Origin: Antedon mediterranea
Lineage: Eukaryota; Animalia; Echinodermata
Reading direction: 5' to 3'
Length of the DNA: 64,000 bases
NCBI RefSeq assembly: GCF_964355755.1
Contig: NC_092670.1
Location: 12,200,795-12,264,794 of the forward strand
In this document: positions 39,801 to 52,438 of the stretch, piece by piece
Layout: every line of letters begins with the position of its first letter
Numbering within the stretch: position 1 is the first letter of the stretch
Position numbers and translations under genes: made by a program
Notes under the pieces: generated by a model
Told to the model about the DNA's origin: nothing
Databases searched by the model: none
Seen by the model: the letters and a program-made list of their open reading frames with translations, nothing else

Positions 39801-41460
39801 GCGGGAATCGACTAGAGGGCAGAGATAAGTGACTCTAATTGCACATTTGTCTTTCGTCGCCCACTAAAAATGCAGTATTATTATAGATATGTCTACAGAA
39901 AGTTTTAAACAGATTTGTTCTGTGGCCGGATCTTAAAGACATAGCAAAGAACGTGACGGATAAGATAACATCGATCTTGATTAATGTTAAATCGCACATC
40001 AATAAATCACTGCTAAAAACGATAGCTTAATTTGGCTTTACACTTAAATTATAGCATATGAGCTGTAGTTAGGCTAATCGTCAATATAGATCCTTAATAC
40101 GTAAAAACGATTGTACTTCATGTGCCATACTTACTTATAAAATCACCACTGTTAAATAAGCAGAGCAAACCCGATATTTGTTTTACCTTAACTTTTCGAA
40201 TATAACAATAAAGTAAATTACTTTCACTCTACCAGTGGGAAAGTGAGAAATTGCTTTTACTCCTTCTACAAGAAAAGAGAGAAATTACTCTCACTCTCCC
40301 ACTAGGAAATTATTCACCTTCACGCACTATTTCGCCAGAAAAGAGTTAGATTATTTTCATTTTGCCATGTAAAAATTAATTGATTTGCACTCCTCCATCG
40401 AGAGAAGAGTGAAATTACTTTCATGCCATGGATTCCATCGGAAGTTTCCAAAGCGTAGGTGGACTAGGTGGACTAGGTGGAATTTTTGATACCAGGACGT
40501 TATAGGCTAATGCCAGCCAAGGAAAATGTTCAACATTAGTATTTATTGTTTATTTGTGTTTTTAAAAAATGAAAAATATAATTAATTTAAAAAAAAAAAA
40601 TAAATAATGTTCTTATATCGCCACCAATAACCCACCATTTTACAAGTTTAGTAAAGCACCAATAGGTCAAACTAATGCAGACAGAATATTTTGACTGTTA
40701 TGTTACAGATTGATGTATTTTTATTTTTTCTTTTTAATTTTATCAGGTTTTCTCCGAAACATTTTAAAGGATTTGTCAGTAAGTGAATACATATTTGTTT
40801 AACTAAATTAGCTGAAATTAATCGCCTATAATTTACACAAATCTGTTGTTAGACAGCTATAAATTCTAAAATTACTTCTAATTTTGACGAACGCTTTTTA
40901 CAAATTCTAGAGTTACATTATCTATTTCGTATTTGTAGCTTCTAGAAATTTTCTCACTTTTCGTTTGAAGTCAGTCATCACCTTGAGTTATAAGATGAAT
41001 TCGAGAATATTTCAAAACTCGCGATGTATTGAATTTTTGAATAATTATCCATGAAAAAACTCATTATTTCATTAGGTTTCTATAAATTGAAAATTATATT
41101 TTGTTAAAACTGACGGCTCGGTAATCGTAAAACAAAGGATCAGTCAGTGTCTGCATAATTATCGCAGTAGAATTTTTGTTATTTAATTGGATAAAAGCTC
41201 TGAAATGATTTTTTTGCTCCGAATTGAATGGTGAAAACATTTTATAAGTTAAAAGATTGATTTTTCATTCTATAGAAATTATACCGTAAAAATAGAAAAC
41301 AGTAGAACCGCGAAACGTCCCACTTTAGACCAACCAATGATTGTTAATACACATTTTGTGTGGACTTTTATCTTTGAACTACCATATTTCAATAACATAT
41401 TTGATTAATATTATCGAATAATTTGTGTATAAAAAATGCATATTCGAAAATATAATCATC

Positions 41461-41576
41461 TCGGGCCTAATCATCTCTGGATCGAATCGTTCCCGGGCCG
41501 AATCTGGGTCGAATCGTTCCCGGACCGAATCGTTCCTGGGCCGAATCGTTCCCGGGCCGAATCGTCCCCGGACCGA
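41461..41576. repeat. Minisatellite, 16-bp unit CCGAATCGTTCCCGGG
   Basis: About 7 imperfect copies visible. Confidence 0.8.
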
Positions 41577-43293
41577 AGTCTCGATGATGATATCACCCTA
41601 GTTCTTGTTTTTAAAAGGAATTGGATTCCTTCTAAACAAAGTGTAATAAAATAAGTAATGAATGTGCAGGAGAGAATAGTCCCTGATTTTACTTTGTAAA
41701 TAGTGAGTTAAGGATGAACAAACATGTATGTATGGATAAATGTATAAATGCGCCAACAATGAATGAATAACAGAATAACATAAATAATGAATACATAGAT
41801 ATTATGAATGATGGATGAATTAAAAAAAATATATCATAGAAAAGATACCTCCGGGCGATGAAATATATTTCATTTAAAGAAAAATTTACATTTTATATTG
41901 CGTAATTTGTTATCACGATTGTAATAAAAATAAAATCGCAACATACGAAAATACACCTCAAATTAGAGAATTCAGTTCATGGTCAGGTCAAAAGGTTATT
42001 CATAGAAATGACGTCATTACTTTACATGCCATTAGAAATGTGTTTGTGTATTATTAGCAAATGCTCACTTTGATTATTTACCAATAAACGAAATTTATTA
42101 TACTAGGATGACGTCCTCGGTTTGACATTGTAATTGTCTATTTCTAAAAAAACAACTATATAACAATGTTATGACGTTCATGTTAGTGACAATAGGCGTC
42201 ATAAGGTTTTGTTTTACATTGAAAGTTGATTAATATTATTTTATTGCCCAATTTACTGTAACACGAATATAAAGTTTATTTCAGCTTTGTGTTCTATATT
42301 AACGAAAAATAAATTTAACTGTTGAACTATATTGTCCTAATCAACGCGTGACACGCATATACAGACCTCAGACATATTGCAATATTTGAATCGAGTGGAA
42401 GTTATATTGATTTCGTTGGTTGGTGAGGAGTGAAAACGTAGATTGGTCATTTTTTCATGCGTAAATGGATATATTAATGGTAACAATTTGGCACAACAAC
42501 AACACAGTGCTATTGCAGTCCCTGCAGTGTCGTGTTTTTTTTGTTTGAGAGTGTTAAGTCGAGCTCGTTTTCACTCACTCACTCACTCACTCCTACCTAC
42601 GAAACAAACATTCGAAATAGTGTCTGTGCCTTACTAAAATTATATCACAAATTATGCGAGGCAGTGTGACAGTAACTCCTTTTCAGTTATTTAACATTAT
42701 TCGTATCACTATTTTTCCATTTTCCTTACCATAGCAACACAAGTCAATCAGTCGTTTCGTTCTTTCATGTAGTTGACAGGTTTGCTGTCCCCAACTTTTA
42801 TACTATGCTGCCACCAATCATCTTGTTATATCATTTTCCTAATATCCTACAGTTTATGCGTCAAATTCTTACAACTCTCAAATTAAATCAAATAAAACAG
42901 CAATTCAAAGATAAACAGAAAATGTAACTAGAAATAAAATCACTTTATTGTGGTACTGTATACAATTGTCTTTTTCAAAGAAACTAGACTATGCACCGAA
43001 TATAGTTTTACAATAATTCTACGCATGCTCATATAGTTTAACACGCGAAGAGCGTCTGTTTGATGCGTCTTCTGGAAAACGAAAGGTCACTAGTAATGAA
43101 GTCTACGAATTGATCTTAATTCAAAATGATTTTTAGATAAAATAATTCTTGGTTTTACATTTTAAACACCTTCAAGTGTGGTAAAGTAACCCATTTTGAA
43201 TTTCAACAAATTCTTTGAATATCAGCATAATAAGTGAGTAAATTAATTTTGTTTATTCTGAACAGTAGTAGAACCTATGGGAACCTATATTCA

Positions 43294-43465
43294 AGATGTA
43301 TTGTCCCCCTGTAAAAATACGTTTTTTTGTTGTTGTATATGCAATTTGAATGTCACATAATAGTTTCACTTTAACCAAAAATGAATTAAAAAAAATATAT
43401 TTAGGGGCCTAACCCAAAATAAAACTTCTACGGAAGTGATTAACTTGATCAAAACTACAAAAAAA
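43294..43465. mobile_element. Kolobok-type element, single-end fragment
   Basis: Starts AGATGTATTGTCCCCCTG, followed by subterminal sequence shared with the other copies. Confidence 0.6.
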
Positions 43466-43870
43466 TTCACAAACGAACGATTAGAGAAATACAGTATATA
43501 TATTAATCTGGCCAACAAATATTCAAGGATTAAAGAGGATATTTTGTTGGATATCGAAGGTATCCTCCTAATAGAGATGATAATGTGATAATGACTTTGA
43601 GTATAGAGAAACAGGATACCTAACTTTTTACCTACTGTAACAGACATGAAAATGTAATGAAAGTAAACTACTAGAAGAAAAATATCTAGTTAAAATGTTC
43701 AAGGTAAGATACTTAGATTCGAATTTGATTTAAATACATTTTACAAGTGGTCTTTTTCAGTACGTGTGAAATGGTCTATTTTATACGAATGATACGTGCT
43801 GCGTTAGTGATGTTATGATAATGAAACACTATTAAATGTGTAGTTAATGAAGATGTATGATATGGGGAAA

Positions 43871-44034
43871 TCACATGGCCGATAGAAGGCCGTCAATTGC
43901 AGTACTAACGTCTGATTCCAACTGCATATCAAATATCGATCCATCATCTTCGGTAAACTTCGAAAGTATTCCCGTGTTTATGTTGTCTCCAATGGCAACC
44001 ACAAATGTTGTCACGCCTGGAGGGGCCACTGGAT
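43871..44034 (-). CDS. TSP1-VWA gene last exon
   Basis: AACTAG| DPVAPPGVTTFVVAIGDNINTGILSKFTEDDGSIFDMQLESDVSTAIDGLLSAM*. Confidence 0.8.
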
Positions 44035-47000
44035 CTAGTTAAGATACAATGTCAATATAAATGTTCGTTGCATCAAAATATTTATGCTCCGCCTGCAGAT
44101 TATTGCCTATTCCGTTTCAGGCAGACGGAATAGAGTGAAATTTTACTCTTCCTTGGTTTAGAAAATGACAACCAACTACAATCACAAAAGGTGATACACC
44201 TATAGTGCCTATCACCTAATAAACAAATCCTTCAATTAATTATTTCAGGCTATTGATATTCAAACATATCACCACGTGGTGTAGAAATTTTATTCCGAGC
44301 ACGATTTTACATAATATAATATACTATACAACAAAGAATCTGGTAAAAAGTGGTCGCTGTTTTTTAAGCAATTCTTTTTTAATCGTTGCTAAGAATTATG
44401 AGAAATTCTAAGAATCAACAAAAAAATAATTTCGTTTTATCATCAGCAATATTCAATATCAGGATCTACAATAAATCAAACACGTACAGACATAACGTTA
44501 ATTTAAAAGGTGATTTAAGGAAAATGAATCGCTAAAAATACATATCATTTTTATTATCGGAAACATGGTTTGAAAAAAAAAAATCAGTACCGAATGACCG
44601 AATGAATAATAACATCGGAAGGAATTTCCAATTTCTTATTACTGTACTATTAAAACCAATCTTTCTTTACGGACATATCATGCGATTTGAAATTGAATGA
44701 TTTTTTTTTATCATGTAAAATTATCCTAATACAGAGGGAAATGGTTAACCAGACGTTAAAATTGATAACGCATCAAACCATAACCAACCGTTTGGGGCGC
44801 TATAATATTATTGTTCATACTCTTTATGCACTGGTTTCCTCATTGTTTGTTTTCAAGCTAATAAGGTCCGATGTATATTTATAGTTTCAAACGCAATCTA
44901 AATTTCAAAAATTGTTGTTTTACTCATATAATTTTTTTTTAATTAAATTTTGAGAAGAGTAAAGAAAACAACATAAACTCATTGTAGCGTCTAGACTCTT
45001 GCTTCGTTTTATTAGATTTGGGCCTTCCTCCCACCGTACCACAAAGCGCGTTTCTGTTCGTTTAATGTTTTTACATATGCCTACATTCAACCAAAGATCG
45101 TATAAGATCTTTTATTTAACTCTACCGCAGCAGGGCTAAGGAATGCAGACACTACAGCTTGTTTCCCACTAGCGACGCAACGTAACGCAACCTATGCAAC
45201 GTAAAGCGTGGTTCCCACTAGAACGTAACGCAAGGACGTAAACGCAACGCAAGCGTTTTAACCAATGACAAGCGAAGTTAGAGACAGTTAGCAATCACAA
45301 GCGAATAAGCCATCGCTTGTGATTGGTCAATTCACTTGCGTTGCGTTACGTCCTTGTGTTGCGTCGCTAGTGGGAACCACGCTTAAGGAAATACCCTTCC
45401 AATAATTGTGTTGGCCCCCGCCTGCGTGAAATCAAACCTGCGATGTTTGCAGTATATTGCGTCGTCGGTTCCCACTTGTGATTACGCAATACAGCACTTT
45501 GCGTCAATAACAATACGTCGTTGCGTTGAGGTCTAGTGGGAACCACGCTTTAAGGACCGATTCAAACAGCGTCTTACGACGTTTCCCGACTAGTCGTCAC
45601 ACCGGGAGAAAATAAGACATGTTCAATGTTCTATCGACGACCTAAATACTATGCCCAACGCTATCTCAAAACGACTCTTCTCGTCGTGATTCAACTCAGA
45701 CAAGACAACACCGACGAGTGAAGACGTTTCGTCGGGCCTCGTCGTACGACGCTATCTGAGTTGACCGTTACGCGCGACGTCTCAAGTAGAGTCAAAGCTT
45801 GTCGGCAATGTGGTAACACAAAGCATTGAAACATTACACTACAAGTAGGTCTAAAGTATATCAATACATAAATTGTATAATTAATAAATAAATAACATAT
45901 TTTACCTTTATCAAAGAAACCATCTGATATTAAAACAACAACGGATTTAGCCTCTGGCCTAGCTCTGGTTAAAACATCCTTCCCAAGCCGTTCGATCGCG
46001 TACGCTACATCGGTTGAGCCACCTGCAACAAAATCAACAATCCAAATACTATTATAATTTGGGGATCAAAGGCGTGCTTCTCGTTTTACAATGAGTAAAC
46101 ATATAACTAATAATAAATAAATGTATTGCAATGATTACGGTTGTGATGTAGCATTCATGGGTATTACTTCAAAGATAAACTTAAATTCTCAGCTACAGGC
46201 ATGCATCATCAGATAAAATATTTGATTAAATGTATAAGAATTAAGACGGTGTAACAGAAATCACGACAAAAACATGCATTTCTTTTAAAAGTTTTCAATT
46301 TAGCAAAATTCTGCTATAAAAACTAGAGTATAATCATGTTAAAATACAGCCATTGTGTAGACACAATGTTTACTTTGCAGAAATTCTGCAGTTGGAGAAG
46401 AAATTGTGTTCACAGCATTTTTATTTTGAAATAATTATGTCGACAGCATTGAGAATCCAGTATTCTTTTTCTCTGCATACATTATAGTTAAGTTTGCGTG
46501 TTTTTTAAACTAGAAAGCAGATAGTTTAAATCTATTTTAAATAATTAAATTACCATCGTATCGAAGTCCTTCTAGTGCATTAATCATACCAGTTTCGTCT
46601 AGCTCACCATACTCAAACACGATATTAAATTTCGACGAAAAACTACACAGTGCATGACGTATAAGATCGCCGTAACTTTCTAGACTCTTTTGCAGAAACC
46701 GACGAATAAACACTTCTCCCAGAGTGACGTAATGTTTCGAGACGCTTATTGATTCATCCAATAAGAAGACAATATCGACTTCGGTAGATCTTTTCAAATC
46801 TGCTTTTGTTGTCGATGGTCCTTTAAGAATAGAAAATAGAAGTTAGGTGATTTGGCGTCTCACATAGGTTTTTCGTACAACATTTGTACAATCTTTTCTC
46901 ATGGAGTTCGCCATTCGTTCCCAGTTAATGACCTACACGATATGTTTACTTATTTAAACGGCTCATCGTGAAATAAACTATTAATTGTCAAACCATTTGC

Positions 47001-48134
47001 TGTAGTTCAGCTTTGGAGCCACTTTTTGAAGCCCATGATTAGGCCTAGATTTGTAGGTAAAAAGATAATCATTCTGCTCCACATGTAGGTGAATTCTTAG
47101 CATGGAATAGTCATAGTAATTCAAGACATATAAGTATATATTCGCACATGCAACAGATACAATCTTACCTTCACAAGATGGACGATCATAGCACGTTTCC
47201 ATAGCAAGCAGTTCCTCTGATGCGCATGATGAGTCATCGTGACAACTTCGGCTACGAACACGAAAACTAGCACCACACGTCTTGAAACATGGAGACCACT
47301 GACTCCATTCGCTCAATCCCACAGCTACAACGGAAACTAAAATGTGTTACTATACATAGGCCTGTGAGTTACAGTATTGGCCGTAACCAGTTTAAAAGGC
47401 CATTTACACTAGGGCGACAACGATCGACGATAAAAAGATAAATAGGCCTATGCATTTTTCATACCTAAAACAAATAATTTTAAAAAGTTTCCATCCTAGA
47501 ACTATAGGATTATCATCTATGCTGTCTTTGATGAAAATAATACTTCCACACGTCCAATCAAATGACGTCATGATAATAATATCGTTACAACACAACGATT
47601 CTATTATTTTTATTGATCATGATGTCACGTCATTTAATTGATTGGATTTTTTTAAATATTATTTTTATCAAATACATCATAAATGATTATCCTATAGTTC
47701 TAGAACGAAAACTGTTCTAATTTCTTTTGTTTTAAAAATGTATCTTTATCTATTTATGGTCGATCGCTATAGCCCTATAGTGTAAATGGGCCTTAATGGT
47801 TGGTTCCCACTAGAGAATCAACGCAAGGACGTAAGCGTAACGTACGTGATTTGACCAATCACAGACGATAGACTAACTGTCGCTTACCATTGGTCAACTT
47901 TCTTGCGTTGCGTCTTAATGCTTGGTTCCCACTAGAACGCAACGCAAGGACGTAGACGCAACGCAAGAGAGTTGACCAAGCGAAAGTTTGAATTGTCCAT
48001 CGATTTTGATTGGTCAACACGCTTACGTTGTGCTTACGTACTTGCGTTGCGTTCTAGTGGGAACAAAGCTTAGTGTGAGCCAAGATTACTAATGCCTGAC
48101 AATAATTATAACCTGAAGTGAAACTAATGAATAC

Positions 48135-48171
<37 letters not shown>

Positions 48172-49731
48172 GAACAGATGTAGTATTAAAGCATGGCTCC
48201 CACTAGCGACGCAACACAAGGACGTAATGCAACGCAAGTGAATTGACCAATCACAAGCGATGGCTTATTCGATGATTGCTAACTGTCTATAACTTCGCTT
48301 GTCATTGGTTAAAACGCTTGCGTTGCGTTTACGTCCTTGCGTTACGTTCTAGTGGGAACCAAGCTTAAGAGACAGAAACATTATTCTGCTGCAGTAACTA
48401 GAATTTTCTTATTTTAAACTTACGGTTTATCCAATTATTTGCAAGCTTATTTGAGTACATATTTATTGTTAGCAACTTGAAAATTGAAGAAAAATGAAAT
48501 CATAGGTTGTTGCAGTAAACAATGCAGTTACTGCAGTAATGGTATAGTATAGAGTAATGTTGTGACATGACTCATAATCTTGTTTTGTCAGTATCTAGAG
48601 GGCAACGCAGGTTTCCGACTTTGGAAGGTGAAAAAAGGGGTTGCCAACATTCTGTGAGCTGTAATTCACCAATAGCACTGTGAAATATTTCCCGTAAATA
48701 ATAGTATTTCATTTTAAAAATAGTGAAACGGGATTCTACAGTTCCGTCCGATGCATAGAGAGTATTGTCGCACACAAAAACACAATTATTCTATACCAAA
48801 TTTGTAAAAAAAAGTTAAATAATTAGACTGAGCAACGATTATCTTTTGATCGACTGTATGGATACTTTTCTTGAAAAATGTGTTTTTTTTCACATTTAGT
48901 TGTTACACGGGAGGAGTTTTTTCTTGTTGTTAAGTATTATTAGTAAGGTTATAAGTAATGATTAATAACAGACAACCAACTTAACTTTAGAAAAAAGCAA
49001 AAATATTTATTAAATTATGTTCTATTTTACAAATCAGTATTTCAGATAACTATCAGTAAAATTACGACTTTTATAAAACAATATTTTATTGTACGATTTT
49101 TTATTTTGCTATTTACTGTTATAGTAGTATTTTGAGATTCAATAAAATTGTAACATAGTGTATAACATAACATAATAATGTTCTAAAGTATTTTTACAAA
49201 TGTGTAATGTTTAGGTAAATGTTTATAATTATTCTGTTTTGTGCAATAAGAGACTTACTAGATTTATTTATTTATTTACAAACTTATTTTACATGGATGA
49301 CATTTCATTAAAAATAAACAAACAACAAATGGTCCATGATAAAAGAAATGTATGCATAATAGTGAATAGTCATAAGTTGGAAAAAACATTTTTTTGTTGT
49401 TTTATATTATAGAAAGACATACAAGAACAATTACATTTTAAATACAGATACAGAATTAATAATAATAAACAGTCTAGTAATTACATCGCAATTTAGGTAG
49501 CGATTGATTAAGTTCACCTTTTAGGAATCCTGTCTCTCTCTCCATGGTTGTATTTGTTGTTTTGTTTTGGTTCCTTGTCTATTGTATTTGTCTATTTGTA
49601 TTTAAGGAACAATTAATGAAATGAAAAAAAATTAGGCCTAATTAAAGTATTACAAAAAATCCTGGTAACATACCTGTACTTTTGACTTGTATTGCAACAA
49701 CCAACAGAAATAAAAGTTTTAAAAACACCAT
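43871..49731 (-). CDS. Secreted thrombospondin type-1 + von Willebrand factor A domain protein (~253 aa, 5 coding exons)
   Basis: Exons 49731-49674, 47324-47169, 46820-46554, 46022-45906 and 44034-43871; all GT-AG, all introns phase 1, 762 nt in frame. Signal peptide MVFLKLLFLLVVAIQVKST; TSP1 WSQWSPCFKTCG..RVRSRSC; VWA DIVFLLDESIS..GGST..VVVLISDG..TFVVAIG. Confidence 0.85.
45156..45549. mobile_element. Family B MITE with a nested family A MITE (45205-45383)
   Basis: The inner 179-bp copy is flanked by a TAA direct repeat and splits the host motif CAACGTAAG.AAATRCCCTTCC. Confidence 0.9.
45553..45767. mobile_element. Diverged palindromic MITE
   Basis: AGGACCGATTCAAACAGCGTCTTACGACG versus the reverse complement of the right end, ACGGTCAACTCAGATAGCGTCGTACGACG. 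Confidence 0.6.
45906..46022 (-). CDS. TSP1-VWA gene exon 4
   Basis: TTGCAG| GGSTDVAYAIERLGKDVLTRARPEAKSVVVLISDGFFDK |GTAAA. Confidence 0.9.
46554..46820 (-). CDS. TSP1-VWA gene exon 3 (VWA N-half)
   Basis: TTAAAG| ... |GTAAT; DIVFLLDESIS contains the MIDAS DxSxS motif. Confidence 0.9.
47169..47324 (-). CDS. TSP1-VWA gene exon 2 (TSP1 domain)
   Basis: TTGTAG| ... |GTAAG; WxxWxxC, CxxTCG, RxRxC, six Cys. Confidence 0.9.
47397..47793. mobile_element. Harbinger-type palindromic element
   Basis: AGGCCATTTACACTA..CGATCGACGATAAAAAGATAAA ... TTTATCTATTTATGGTCGATCG..TAGTGTAAATGGGCCT. Confidence 0.7.
47797..48086. mobile_element. Two nested diverged family A-like MITEs (inner 47919-48070)
   Basis: Two GGTTCCCACTAG starts and two matching ends (TAGTGGGAACAAAGCT, then TAGTGTGAGCCAAGAT). 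Confidence 0.7.
48190..48365. mobile_element. Harbinger-type MITE family A
   Basis: TAA|AGCATGGCTCCCACTAG ... CTAGTGGGAACCAAGCT|TAA. Confidence 0.88.
49674..49731 (-). CDS. TSP1-VWA gene coding exon 1 (signal peptide)
   Basis: ATG, MVFLKLLFLLVVAIQVKST, donor G|GTATG, phase 1. Confidence 0.7.
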
Positions 49732-50782
49732 TATATCGCATCCGTAAGTTTGGTTCTTCAAACACTGCGAAATATTAAATTAATTATCTTATTGAAGAAC
49801 TATGCTTTACTCTTAAAAACTAAACTGATCTCTTACAAAATGAAGCGATGCTCATAAATATGGCAGTGATAAAAAGAAACTAGAATCAGTGATTTTGACG
49901 TTTCGTAATTATAATTGACATTGCCACTGTATCGATCCGTATCACCCTCAGGCCAAACTAGATCGAAATTCCCGCCATCTGTTTGGAAAGACCACCCGAG
50001 TTTCTTTAACCGTCTGTCCATATTGACTTTGTCCATTATTGGCTATGCAGAAAAGGGCAATTTGTGTTTGCTCCCGAGTCAATCCCCTTGCTTGAAATTG
50101 TTTATCACTGTAAACGAAGTTTTGTTTATTCAGCAGGCCTTTTTCCATCCTTGTTTTCGATAGATTGCAAATTTGAAATTGTATTAATAATATAATGCTA
50201 TGTTGTTGCCAAGACTGTATTGTTACCCGGGTTACGCCCACTTCTATTTATGTTTTTCAGTATAACCATGGAGGACCATGAGGGAAGAGTGAACGTACAC
50301 TGCATCACCAGGGGTAAAGATACACAATACTAATAGTTCAGCGTATTTTAGGCCTAGGCACATTTTATGTTCACAGTAATTGCGTACTAATATTACTGTA
50401 CGTCCATTCTTGGTGCGCAAATGCAACTGTCGATGTACCTCAACTTTATAAGTTATTATGAATTTCTAAAACATTCTAAAATGTAATAGTATGAGTGAGC
50501 GATTGAATTTTCACTCTAACAGAGATTTTAATATCCAATATGAAATCCAATGCCACCCCTATAATGTTATTTTAATTCGATAAAATGTTTTATCTTAATT
50601 ACCATTTTAATTGGAAGTTAATACAACTTAATAAGTACAATAATTAGTAAATTAATCGGTCGTTAGACGTGTAACTTTCACCTAACTTTTAGCTGGCTAA
50701 TTACACGTTTAGTTAAATCATAAAACCAAATTATGTTATGAAATAATTAGTTCTTTGCTTTTTAAATCCTGTATTACTTTTA

Positions 50783-51095
50783 ATCTTGTACATAATTTAT
50801 TTCAAGTTTCCTTGTACTATACATACCTATTAAATCATTTTTTTAAAACTTTTATTTTACTTACTCACTGATTATGGACGCATCTTCATTCAAGAAGTGC
50901 GACACTGTTTCAAAAGTATTACTTTTGTTAATGTTATTTTTTTATATCTTGTACATAATTTAGTTTAAGTTTCCTTGTACTGTAAATAGGCCTATTGTTA
51001 AATCATTTTTTTTCTCTAACTTTTTACTTACTCTGGACGCACCTTCATTCAAGAAGTGTGCCGCTGTTTCAAACGTATAGCTTCCAAATAAATTA
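50783..51095 (+). repeat. Tandem duplication (2 x ~160 bp) of a probable LINE 3' tail
   Basis: ATCTTGTACATAATTTA...TGGACGCAYCTTCATTCAAGAAGTG..CTGTTTCAAA occurs twice; the second copy ends in AATAAA and (ATT)n. Confidence 0.7.
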
Positions 51096-51375
51096 TTATT
51101 ATTGTAATTATTATTATTATTATTATGTATATTAAACTGTTGCTACGTTCTCGTTAAGCTTACAAAATCAAACATTCAGTGTACGTATTTTAAGGGATTA
51201 TTGGTTACTTTCGATATTCAAATAGAGAATTAGTGTCACAGTTCCAATCTGTGCTAATCCCGTAAAACAAAACATCCATCAAACACTTAAGTGAAATAAT
51301 ACTGAACACATATGTAGGTTAGAACTTAAAACTGAGCTCTTCAATAAGGACTGAAGATCGACGTGCATCATTTAA

Positions 51376-51743
51376 AGATGTATTGTCCCTCTGAAAAGCA
51401 ATTTTTAAATTTTTTTTTATTGAATATGCCATTTTAATGTCACATTTTTCTGTTGTCTTGGTCAATTAATTTTGTTTTTTTAGGCTATTTCGTGGTTTAT
51501 TTTACATCAACATTTTCATTTTCACACTTGTGCTAAACAGCGCATAGACACTATTTGTATTTTGCGCTATATAAATTTAAAACCATTAAACCATTAGTTA
51601 TCCACTTTGACAAAAAATTAGATCAACAACAAAATTATTTACCTGAAATATTATTTTGTTCGTTTTTTTTTCTACAAAATACCATATTCAAAGTCTAATT
51701 TAATTAATCTTCATTTTTCATGTTTTTGGGGGACAATACATCT
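51376..51743. mobile_element. Kolobok-type short element with an internal insertion
   Basis: TTAA|AGATGTATTGTCCC ... GGGGACAATACATCT|TTAA; LINE-tail-like AGCGCATAGACAC...TGCGCTATATAAAT inside. Confidence 0.8.
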
Positions 51744-51774
51744 TTAACAATCCAGGCATTAGTAATGTATGTAA

Positions 51775-52066
51775 AGCTTATGGTCACATTGAGTTCTGGT
51801 GACCAACAAGACAATTTACGTAAGTTTTTTATTATTACATGTTGTACGGAATCCGGAATGCGTTTAGTGTGGAGCTTTTAAAAAGCTACGTTCACATTGA
51901 GCCCGCATTCCGTTCCGGATATTGAATATATCGTTAAAATGAGGTAGTGTTAAAGAATACATCAGTTAACACTAAAACGCATTCGGATTTCGTACAAAAT
52001 GTAATGTCAATGAAAAACTAAACGCAACGTCTTTTCGGTCAGCGGAGCTCAATTTGACTATTGGCT
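51775..52066. mobile_element. Harbinger-type palindromic MITE
   Basis: AGCTTATGGTCACATTGAGTTCTGGTGACC versus right-end reverse complement AGCCAATAGTCAAATTGAGCTCCGCTGACC, plus an internal inverted repeat. Confidence 0.65.
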
Positions 52067-52438
52067 TGTTACTTGTATATTGATGCCTGTTTAAAGACAG
52101 ATATAAATAAGCCTAAACAATTGATTTAGGCTCGTGAGCGTTTCTATAATATTGACCGTTTCAACTACGATTTATTAGGACTATACTCGTCTTTGGTGTA
52201 AGACTCTACACACGATGAAGATTGATACGAAATAAATAGAATTGCGTGTTTGCATAGAGCTCAAACAAAACACATGCAGTCAATTTAAAGAATGTTTGTT
52301 GGTATTAATCTGGACATTTTTACTTAAATATCAGGGGAACAAGACATCAGCAGAAACATTAATGCCGTAGAGACTCTTGTTTAGCATGTAAAACAAATTA
52401 GGCTATAGCATGCAAATTATTATAATACCGATTAAGTA

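Noticed and set aside
42725-42738. RFX X-box-like motif (GTTGCTATGGTAAG on the minus strand)
   Set aside because: A single imperfect short match with no associated gene start identified.
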